The notes under the pieces: model-generated | What the model was told of the DNA's origin: nothing | The model's database searches: none | The model's input: the letters and a program-made list of their open reading frames with translations, nothing else | Translations under genes and position numbers: made by a program | NCBI GenBank assembly: GCA_000934665.2 | Contig: JYFJ02002762.1 | Coordinates: 1-51,436 of the forward strand | DNA length: 51,436 nucleotides | Origin: Catajapyx aquilonaris | Taxonomy: Eukaryota | Direction: 5' to 3' | Part shown: one piece after another, positions 41,101 through 51,436 of the stretch | Position numbering within the stretch: the stretch's first letter is position 1 | Layout: each line of letters starts with the position of its first letter

Positions 41101-41734
41101 TGTTTTCAGGGGAGAAAAGAGAGCATTGGTATAAATAGAATGGATCACGTAATGGTACGGGTGTTTAGGAGCCGAGATACGAAAAGGGATTCCGCCGCGG
41201 GTCCAGTTGGGTTTGGCTAACCGAACGTGACTTGAGTAGAAATGATGCAGGGGATATAGGACTGATCCTGAAACTTGCACATTGTGCTTGGGCATCAGGA
41301 TTAGGAATGGATTAAAACGCAATTTGGGTGGAGGGTGGCAGCAGTCACTCGGTGTGTGATTGGCAGTCAAAACCTGTGTTGACGAATATCCAGAGTGGAA
41401 TCCGCAGGTTGGAGAGAAAATATGTTTGCTGTATTGATCTTGGGGTTAGTTACGGTTCTGTCTGGAAGATTTACCCCGACGATTTCTTTGGCCCTCCTGC
41501 TGGCGATGAAATCCTAGTTTATAAACGTCATCAAATTCCTTTAGGGAACTTTCCCAAAGATATTAATTTTGAAAACTTCCGAAGATGAAATTTTCAGCTT
41601 TGATTGGTGCAGCAATAATTTTCTTTTATTGCTCTTCTCCTACAGCAAATTAAGGAGAAAGTTTTAGGCTCTCGCTCGTTACTTGAATTAATTAGTTGCA
41701 TCTCGATGCTGCTGCATGCAGCAGCAGCAGCAGC

Positions 41735-41807
<73 letters not shown>

Positions 41808-44800
41808 CGGTAATAGTTATTTTCACATTTATGCCATTTTTGAGCTAGAATGTTGGTGTTGTTTACACACAAGCTGCAAAGTTAACAGATTTGAGGTGGC
41901 AGCTAGAAGTTTGATATAAACCGAACATAAAGTATCTGACGGGTTAATGAGTTTAGAATAGCTGCAATTTTGCAGCTAGTTACACTCTGGAAAAGCTTGT
42001 TAAGTGGCCCAGGGCAGTGGATTTTCATGAAGGGTTTTTGAAGCGTTAGTTTCATGTGTACATGACATTTGAGGGCCTTCGGTGCCGTTGGAGATTAGAC
42101 CTGCGCGCCGCATGCATGATGTAAACCCAGGTTGTTTACCGGAGGATCGCGCAGCCCAAGTGCACATATCCCACACAAGTGCAACTCGAACAGGAACCAA
42201 GATCAACAGATTGGAGCAGAAAGCATGGAAGGAAGGCCGTGGTCTTGCGGGTTCAGAGAGCGAGAAGAGAAAATAAAGAACAAAAGAAATCCGGTTCTAC
42301 CGAGGCCTCCTCGGACCCCTCCCGCCATATTTGTTCGCCAACTGTTGAGTGTTTAAAGTTTCCCCCTTCCCCTTCTTTGTTTGCTCAGCCAAGATTGCAG
42401 ATCTTTCCAGCATGGATACTTTTTGCCGGGAAGATACTCAGAGTATCGCAGTGCTGCGCGGTTGTGGCGCTGAATATTCATGCAAATCAGTTCCCTTACC
42501 GCCTGAATCTTGTTTGCTTAAATTAAACGCGGTAATCTCAGTTCAAAAGTAGTCATATTGCTGCACACAATACGATCTGCAGGCTTGTTGTAATATTCAG
42601 TGACATATTAATTATTTTTTTCCAAGTGGACCAGGTGGGCAGGCCATTAAGAAGTTTTCAGATACGGAAATGACGTAGTCAATATCAAGCATCCGTTATT
42701 TGTGTACCCCAACTAAAAACGAGCTGGTTGTTTACTCTTAAAAACGCTCGGAACTTTTTACGATCTGTTCGACAGAAACTGACTTTCATCTCTATACGGA
42801 CGAAAGTTTGAATTTTTCCTTCTGTAATTACCACCATCTTCATCCTGGCAGGAAGACTTCCCGGTTAACAAGAGAGGCTTTTGTGTAGCCCTGAAAAGTC
42901 CGGATAAAAATAGGATAATTATGGACTCGTTATATAAACTGCACATAATTTTATGTAAACCTATACAGAAAGATATGCGACATCATTATGTATTTTGAAC
43001 TCATTAATATTTGACAATAATTATTTCAAACCTAGTCGCATTGCTGGCTTAAAACACACAAACCAGTTTTGTAATTTCAGAGGTCGTTAACATAATTATT
43101 AATTTTGTTATTTACTTGTCTGCAGGCTGCGAACCAGGGGAATCGAAAACAAAAACAACATTGCTGTAATTCCCAATTTTATTTTGTAAACTACCCACCA
43201 CTCCAGCATAGTCAGCATAGTGGGTTTTGTCTGGTGAAATGGACAAAAGGGCTATTATTGATTACACTATTTTGAAAACGAGGTCGTACGTGACTGATAA
43301 ATTGAAAGTAATTTATCTGCATAAATTATGCATTTGGGAACTAAGTCCCTTCAGTGCTACGCGTTTCTTGATCTTTAAAGGAAGACTGAGCAAATTAAGG
43401 AACGTATAGAAACAGTACCTCCCAGTACCGCGATAATGCCATGACAACCTAAATAAAGGGATCTGTTTATTCCATTCCAGCAGCACATTCTTGCCCGGAG
43501 GCAAATTTCCCCGCTTCAGCGCAGAATCCTTCGTGACAGGCATCCGAACAAAACTTCCTCCGGGAAAGTTTCGCTATACAGAACTTTCTCTCGTTTTGCC
43601 TTGTGCAACAGCACAACAGACCCATTCGAGTGGGACATACTTTTTTCCAAATAATTCCCAGACTTACCAGCAGTTACCACTTTGAAATTTGGTGCCACCG
43701 TTTTTTATTACGTTCGTTTGTGATTGTTTAAAGCCCCCAATTCTTCTTGGCAGTGTATTTTTGAAATATTGGTCACTGTATGCATGCAGCCATGGTTTTT
43801 ATGGCAGATCTGCATTTTCTACTTAGTAACTGCAGTGATTTCCATGTATATATGAATTTCTGAGAAAACTAACCGCCTCTGCGAGCTGGAACAAACATGA
43901 TTGCAATTACCTTTTGCACCGAAACGAATCGTGCAGCTCCCTCGGGGACTTTATTGTTCCATTGCCGTTTTATATACTGTAGGCCTGCAATAAAGCAATT
44001 TTGTTTCACCCAATTTTTGTGCGCGTATAATTACCACCTTTAATTCCATCTTGTTATGATCGCCATTGTGCGGTTGTAAACCGACGATCAGTTGACTCGT
44101 ATTACTGAGACTATAATTCATCTGGATGCATCCTATAAATTGCTTGTCAGTTTTTGTCTCCTGCGAGTGTCACTTGATTTGAGAATCCTAACTCGGCGTG
44201 GCCAAATTTTCTCAGATAAAAGGAAACCTAATCTCGGAGGTGTACAAGTACAGTAAAAGTTTCCAGGAAGCGCATCGATCGTGAATTTACAAAAACGGCC
44301 TGCAAACTTGGTGGGTGAGGTTCAGCTGTAATGTGCAAACGACCATCATGGGCTCACAACTCTTCAGATTTTATACTCCACAGAATGTGACTTACGCCAT
44401 GGCTAGGAGATAAGACATCCTTCATAAAATGTGTTAGGAGTGACACAAACGGGGGCCTCTTTTAAATAATGTAAGGCACCCAAATTATTTACGACTTTTT
44501 TGGCCTGACTTTTATGCGTTTATCAGTGACTCTGATTGTGCGTCTAATGGAAAACCTTGCAAGGACATATTATGGATACCACCATATAAATAATGGCTGG
44601 TTTAATTATTTGGGCACATAATATTAGGTTAGTAAATTGACTAACTGCTAACTTGGGGGAAATGATGCGTTAAATAAGGATTAACACTTGCATTTGCACA
44701 TGTCATAATCAGAGAGGAAATTCCAACATGCAAGTGCGCAATATGGTTTATTCGAACACATACTCATAGTCAGAAATAATGATATCACATTCATATTAAT

Positions 44801-44995
44801 ATGTAGTTCTATATTATAGCCTGCAGAGGCACATTCGTTTTTCATATAATCTGGTGGCATGGGCCGCTTATTCATCCCCATTTGTCCTGTAATTCCCCCC
44901 TAGCTAATTCGTAGCATTTGATGTATAATGCAATCTATAAATGTGATGGAAATGAAATCACCTGATATTCCATCTTTTCTGGTCATTTTTTTCAG
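38192..44995 (+). other. GT-AG intron (6,804 nt, phase 0) of the GPCR gene
   Basis: Canonical ends; the junction gives ...SSTTK-CVPIPGLG... Confidence 0.9.
41718..41805 (+). repeat. Compound microsatellite (GCA)6(AAT)23
   Basis: Read directly from the sequence; it explains the poly-Ile/poly-Ala in ORF 41594..41872. Confidence 0.97.
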
Positions 44996-45139
44996 TGCGT
45001 GCCGATTCCCGGATTGGGTTTCCGGAGAGGCAGTTACAAGTGCGTCTGTCAGGATGGATATTTCTTTCCGGACATATCGTCCCCTCAACGCTATTACAAC
45101 GGAACGGTCATCGAGGAAGAGTACGAGCGCAAGCTTCTG
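44996..45139 (+). CDS. CG31760: Internal coding exon C of the CG31760-like GPCR; EGF-like Cys-rich region
   Basis: tttttttcag| acceptor, donor |gtgagt at 45140. 144 nt, phase 0 to phase 0. Translates as CVPIPGLGFRRGSYKCVCQDGYFFPDISSPQRYYNGTVIEEEYERKLL, containing the family motif GLGFRRGSYxCxCxxGxxFP. This frame is not in the ORF track. Confidence 0.95.
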
Positions 45140-46584
45140 GTGAGTTATTGATATTTCCTTCCCCCCCCTCTCCCCCCCTTTTTTTGCATTGGAGTGATGC
45201 TGTACGTGGATCGATCACTTTTTTCGGGCCTCAGCTTTATAACCGTCTACAGTATGCGGCATCAGGGACAATCACATGCCTCATGTGGGGGTCTGAAAAA
45301 AAAGGCTAATTAGAGGCGCATAATGCATGGATTTTACTTTTTAGCATTATAATGGACGTGTTGGCCTGTTACTGCTGTAATGGCATATCATTGTGGGTCT
45401 GCCCTCCAAAATAGCCTAGAGTTGTTAGATGCCTCTATTCCGGACAGCAGTTGTGCTATCCTAACTCTTTTAATACTATAACTAGTGGTGGTTTGGGATT
45501 AATTTAGCTTGGATGTTAATTTCGGCGTAACTGGCTTATGAAACGTCATCACGTGCACGGACGAAAGGTGCAATTTATCTTTAAAGTTATTGACGCCATT
45601 AAATCAGGGTCCCATGAGAATGTACAAAAGAAGAAAAAGGTGGCTTTCCCTTAGCTGACCATTGTATGCAAAAGCATGTGCTTAGTACGCCTACTATAGA
45701 TTTATATGGGTTGACTTATACAGTACAATGGTTGATTCATAATTTCGGATTAATTGAGTAAAGGTATGTTGAACTTCGGCTCAGAAGCACTAATTTTATA
45801 TTAGGCTTATATTAGAGATAATTACCAGGCCTGCGTTAATTAGGAAAAATGAAGTACTGCAGATGAAATTGTTGAATTTTATGCGATGCTGGTTGGTAGG
45901 TTGTCAGAGCGGGTCTTCCCTTTAATATACTATCCTTTAGCGTTGGTGGGGTTATTTATGTGGCTAAATTAACATTTCGGTGAGGTTAAAGTATTTTCGG
46001 GTAATATGGCCTGAGGGTTTAATTTTGTCCAACGCTCCTATTTTTAATTACTCTTTGTAAAAACAATAACAGGAAGATTATGTTGGCTCTGTAACGTATC
46101 AGTTGAAGAGGCTGCAATTAAAGCGGCTTTGTTTCTAATGGTCGCATCACATTGGACCCCTTTTTTGTAATGAAGAGTACAATAAACAGGGTAGTACATT
46201 GCCGACGGCCCTTCTCTATAGACACTCTCATCGCCATTGAACAAGAGATTTACCATTATGCATCCGCCCGCAATACGGGTCCTTACCACTGTATGTGTGG
46301 GAACAAAGTATGGGTCAGCAGACATCCCGGCCGTACATTGTTAGTTTGCATTAAAAAATTAAATCCTGAACAATCAGCGTCGCAATAAGATTATTTTGAA
46401 GTATGAAGATGTAATAATTTATACTGTACATAATTATCAAAACCTTACAGTTTTGAGGGATACATGACACAATTTGACCAAAATACAACTTTCGTCATTT
46501 TGTATATTAGTTCTTCATATTTAGTTAATTTTATCACAAGTAAGGGAGACAAATAATACGTGACTCCTTATTTGTTTTTTCAAG
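45140..46584 (+). other. GT-AG intron (1,445 nt, phase 0) of the GPCR gene
   Basis: Canonical ends (AAG-type acceptor); the junction gives ...YERKLL-GEESLY... Confidence 0.88.
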
Positions 46585-46785
46585 GGCGAAGAGAGCTTGT
46601 ACGACGTGGTGAGCATGTACGAATGCCTGCCTTGCGCCGAGGGATGCGAAACCTGCGAGGACGACAGGCCATGCATAGTCACCCTCAACTGGGTTATGAG
46701 GACTTCCATTCTGACTCTGTCGGCTGCCATCATGTGTTGTCTTCCTGTAGTCGGCTTATTCACCTGGAAATACGGAGAAGTGAAG
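46585..46785 (+). CDS. CG31760: Internal coding exon D of the CG31760-like GPCR; Cys-rich stalk and TM1
   Basis: tttgttttttcaag| acceptor, donor |gtatgc at 46786. 201 nt, phase 0 to phase 0. Translates as GEESLYDVVSMYECLPCAEGCETCEDDRPCIVTLNWVMRTSILTLSAAIMCCLPVVGLFTWKYGEVK: the CLPCxxGCxxCxDxxPC motif followed by a hydrophobic helix. Confidence 0.95.
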
Positions 46786-47058
46786 GTATGCCATTCGTAC
46801 TTTGTGTATAGAACAAGCCATATAGGCTTAAGACATGACGTCTGCGCAGCATCCTCAGCAGTGACGACGAGGCTTCTGGCGCGAAGGTTGCGAGGCGAAA
46901 TCTGCACAACCCACCGATATGTACTCGTACTGTACCTCCCAATTATGTGCTCTGTCTTGGTGAGCTAAACAAGCCCGCATTGCAGCCTGTTGGGCCTTTA
47001 TATGCTAATCCGATGGCAGAATCCGGTACGCTCCGCGGAACTCATCTCCAACCAAAAT

Positions 47059-47095
47059 GGAGGAGGAGGAGGAGGAGGAGGAGGAGGAGGAGGAG
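47059..47095 (+). repeat. Microsatellite (GGA)12
   Basis: Read directly from the sequence; it explains the poly-Pro in ORF 46998..47273. Confidence 0.97.
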
Positions 47096-50000
47096 TAAGG
47101 CATGTCGGATTTGGGGAGGAATATAAGTGAGGCGGGCCTATATATATAGGACAGGAGGAGCGCCCTAGTCTGCATAACTTTATTCTAGAGCACCCAACAC
47201 TGTCCACTTTTGATTGCGACGGAACGGCTCCTAAATGAGTCCATTCAGCGCAGGGCTGGTGCTGCCGTGTCATTTATGAGGGACCAAAACATTTCCCTCG
47301 CTACTTTGTGTAATAGGATAATACCCCACACATTCCTCTTGCAGGTCACATGTGGGCTGAATCTTCCAACCTCAATCTGCAGCTGCAAATCCCACTTTAG
47401 AATTGCTTGATTAGATTGGTCCATTAGAGCAAAGCATACCCTACTACTGATAATATCAATTCCTGCATTGTAATGTAATGCACAATTTGACTGTTATCAG
47501 GGGGCCCTGTGTCATACCGACACCTTTTTCCTATTTTCCTATTATTTTCAAGACTGTTCACTGTTCAGCAAGCACCAAATGCAATAATTTCTGTGCCCTG
47601 ATTGAATGAATATATTTATATTGAATGAAAGGCTCGGCATACTTTAATATATACAGTATAGCTATAGGCTACATCGAAATTCTAGAGAGTTTCACAACAA
47701 TTTACTGATTCAGTGGTCGTCAGTGATTTAACACCAGTGTTCAGCTAACACGAGCATTCTAAATCAGAATACACTTAGCGGATTCTTGAAGAACTAAAAT
47801 TAGAAGGGAGTCGCATAACACAACCTCGATAAATCCGGACCAGGTTATAGAGATCATGCGAAATTGAAACTGGCATTGTGTAATCATGACGACTTCATTT
47901 GGTTATAAAGAAAATGACATTCTTCGTCATGGCCTACAGTAATTCTAGTACGTCATGTTATTTTAGGAAATTAAGAAACAGGGGTGACTTAAATTGCATT
48001 CTGGTGAAAGCTAACAATTTTTCCAAAATAAAATGTGTATTTTGGGACCACTACTTCATAATACGGTGGCTTAGGGACAGCCCGCGTGTGTTCGCCAGTA
48101 TCCGTTATTGGCCAATAACCAGCACCCGCATTGTATAAATGAGGCATGATCCTCTGGGGCCGCAAAGGCATCGCCTTCCTCACGTCCTCCTGGACTAGAC
48201 AGCCTCGGTTCGTGATGACATATTCAATAAATGTAGCAGGCGTGCGTCTCTTCTCGCGAAGGTGCATCACTGGAATTTTGGAATCCCAATTTCGGACAGG
48301 AATATGCGAAGGAAGAAGCCTGCCTTACGGTAACATGAGAAAGTACAGTACATTATAGACTGCTACAGTGGATATTGCCTGGATCAAGTCAGACCAAAAA
48401 CTCATGGTGATATAGGCACGCTTAAAGGTTCGTTCTCACAAATGCGATATAACAGGATATGACAAAAAATAGCAACTGCGCACTTCAGTGACATGTTCAT
48501 TTCTAACTTGACTGGCAGGAACGTTATGAGTTACACAAGCCACAGTAAACTGTAACATTGTTGGAAAACGGTTAACAATGCATCGCAAGAGGATGCTTTG
48601 AAATAGAAGTAAATGTGATGGAAGCATGGGGCATATGGCATAGGATCTCATTAGGTGCGGCACGTATTGAGCAAGTGATCCCATTGACTTGATTACGTTT
48701 ATCCACTACAATATTGTTCAATCGAAACACTTTCTGCAATGCTTTGATTTTCTTGCCTGTAATATTTACGGCATGTTTGACAATGACACAGACAACCTGT
48801 TGGACTGCGGTGTACCAAAGGAGCCCTTTATGCGAAGGTGTCATTTGGTCTCCGCAGACTCGTTATCGACAAAATTAGCTTCAAGCACAGAGTACTAAAT
48901 ATCTCTCTCTCCACGAAGCCTCGCCTTTTTCATTAAAAACCTACTCCATAAACAACATCCCATCTAAATGGATGGGAAAAGGTAGACCAAATGACACCTC
49001 TTCATCAAGTGAATATCTGATGCACACCAGTTTGCTTTAGAAGTTTGTTTGAATCACAATGGAACACTTTTCACCGCTTTTCACAGTCGGAACAAAGTGG
49101 GAATCGGAAACTCCTGAAATCATTAGAACTAGCAAACCTCACGCAACATCCGCGATGGTTTCCATTAATCACTGTGACACCCCCAACGCAACCATTTCCA
49201 AGCAACTGGATATCCTCATCATCTCCCTTAAACAGTATTGGGTATGCATTCTGTAAGTAGTGAAATGCAATCAAGGCATGGATTATGTATATCATACGAC
49301 TCGTAAATCACTACATTCATAAGAAAAAAAATACATCCTTCCCAGGACCATTCTGAATGCACCGGACAGTAACTACTATCACTTGACTCTCATGTATATC
49401 GTAATTACAACCGGTAGTAGACCATGTGAGCCCTCAGTTTGAGAGCCGTAATAGCATAATGGCCGTCCTGAAAGCCAGTTAACCAAGTCCAACACCCCAC
49501 TAATTTGTCTCCCCCTCGCAATAAATGATATTGTGGCTTCCTCCCTTTGTCTCTCCCATCCCTCCTGTCGGAATGACCCTCCGGACCAAATTGAGAGCAA
49601 AGACGTTGACAAGCGATGGCACCATGAGGCGTCGCAATTCCGGACCCAACTTTTGGTAGAAAGCTTGATGCGAATTTAAGTGCATGTCGTCAATGTAAGA
49701 AACAAGGTCTAATCGAGATCTAATGGAGCTACAAAAGGGGGTGGGGATGGGTGGTTTAACGAGACTACACGGCGCAGGTGCTTTACCCTCCGATTTAATG
49801 ATCACCTCGAGTCTACTTAATTCCAATCTGGGAGACTGCGCTGCCATGCGTGAAGTCAGCTCGTCAGCTTGTTTCAACCTGATTCACATCCACGATGTCA
49901 CCAAGCTGTCTTCCAGTCTTTATTTATTGTTCAAAAAGTCTCGTGCTAGGCTGGTCCCAAAAGGACTCGCCCTGATGCACACTAGCACTCATTTGCATGT

Positions 50001-51436
50001 CTGAGCCCCACTTGGGGGATCTGCCCATTTCGACGGTTACGTATTCGGAATAACCTTCTCCTCCGCCCCTTTCACCACCGGTGGGGGTTAAATAATGAAT
50101 CCTAACTCCCTCAAGCGCTGCCAAGCAGAAATCGCACTACCTGGTAATGGAAATCTGGTCACAAATCAAAAGCAGAGCTGGGGATGTCAGTGAGGGAAAC
50201 CCCACCTACTATACACTCTATATTTCCTGTTTGCATTTCGGAGTAAGATTTGGGACGATGCCTTCAAACTTTGCGAACCACAATAGTGCTTTAACAAGGT
50301 GGTGCTGGCTAAGTTTTGGGCTGCGGCTGCTCTGTGTTTGTAACGTCGGAGTGTCAAGTTAAGACAATGTGCAACTGCAGTGCGGGCACAAAAATGCACT
50401 GTAAGTTTGGTTCGCTATTTGCACGTGTTATCGTTTAATGCTGGGGAATAATTTAGTAGGGAGTTAGCGTATAGGTAATTTTCAGAATGGGATGTGGCAA
50501 GGGGTGCGTTTCAAAAGGCGAGGTCAAAAAACGGTGGAAAAGCATGTCGTTGTGTAATTCAAGAAGAGTCCCTAAGGCCCTTTCGTTTTCAGCTTTTTTT
50601 TAACTGAGCAGGTTTTGTCTAGTGCGATGTCGATGACCAGCAATGCACCTTTCACAGCGTACACCGGCTTTTGCCATTTCAAAGGGACAATTAGGTCTTG
50701 CTGGAACATTTTCGATGTACCGACAATTTCTACATCCGGCAATTTTCTCGCAGCACAGAGAGCCTATTCAAATAACGAACATATTGACTATGAATAAATG
50801 TGATAGAAAAAGCTTTTCATATTTATGCAACTCGAAGCAAAATATAGCTTTTAGCAATTTTTTGCGGTCAATTGGCAAGGCCCACAACAGTAATATTGCT
50901 GCTGGTCGTGGCCGACTTTGTCAGAGATATATGCCTGCGTATAATGGTCAAGGCTGGATGGTTATTGGATCGGAAGTGGCGGTCAAGCCACTTCCGGATG
51001 GTCGGATGAGAGGTGTGTGGATCAAATTAAACATGTTTTTGGTGCTGGGTATAAACCTATACTGCGCAGAACCGCGATGCTCGTGAACCACATTCCTAAA
51101 CTCATTCAGTCTAAGGTCTCAAAGGAGTAACTCGTGCTGAGTGGCTATACGCCTAAAAGGTTGCCTGTAGACAGCCTGTAAGCGGCTTTAACTCAACCCG
51201 CGGCCTTATTTAGGTCCGATTGCACCTCTCGGGAGACATTAAGACCACGCGCTCCTCCTTGTTAAGTAACTCTTAGTAAATTGTTACCAGCAATTAAATC
51301 TATTCTGTGTAATGAATCTGTGAAATGTGTATCATTCCGGTTAATTTCTCGACTGAATAATGTTTTAAAATCCCGTACAATATTCACTCTCGAATGTAAC
51401 CTCCTAGGAGCAGTTTCTCTGAATAATTTTCAACCA

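Noticed and set aside
46786..46968. In-frame read-through past exon D (VCHSYFVYRT...) as an alternative C-terminus
   Set aside because: Family similarity stops exactly at the GT donor at 46786; there is no evidence for intron retention.
48572..48844. ORF with KHAVNITGKKIKALQKVF, vaguely like the hAT DxAxxMxG region
   Set aside because: The key Asp and the CxxH motif are absent; unsupported.
49500..49877. Minus-strand ORF containing VSYIDDMHL, like a reverse-transcriptase YxDD motif
   Set aside because: It lacks the upstream PQG/PFG motif and any other RT block, and the ORF is short; probably chance.

Overview
Eukaryotic, intron-rich, AT-rich genomic DNA, most likely from an arthropod (inferred from the protein). 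I found no prokaryotic operons, rRNA genes or CRISPR arrays. The window lies inside one large + strand gene encoding a GPR158/GPR179-family class C-like GPCR, which closely resembles Drosophila CG31760 as I recall it. Four internal coding exons (19507-19690, 38068-38191, 44996-45139, 46585-46785) splice in frame through canonical GT-AG introns into 217 complete codons, covering the end of the Cache-like ectodomain, the EGF-like/Cys-rich stalk and TM1. I could not find the flanking exons in the window. The remaining ~99% is intronic. It holds a complete tRNA-Arg-derived SINE with a 14-bp TSD, a 250-bp MITE with Sola-like 4-bp TSDs, the probable 5' end of a THAP-encoding DNA transposon at the left edge, decayed transposon fragments, a near-perfect 53-bp palindrome, and micro/minisatellites. 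The most unusual signal is a window-wide excess of TA-CAG/CTG-TA heptamers, often stacked, which match Tc1/mariner excision footprints. Almost all ORFs in the supplied track look spurious. I found no convincing novel multi-gene system.
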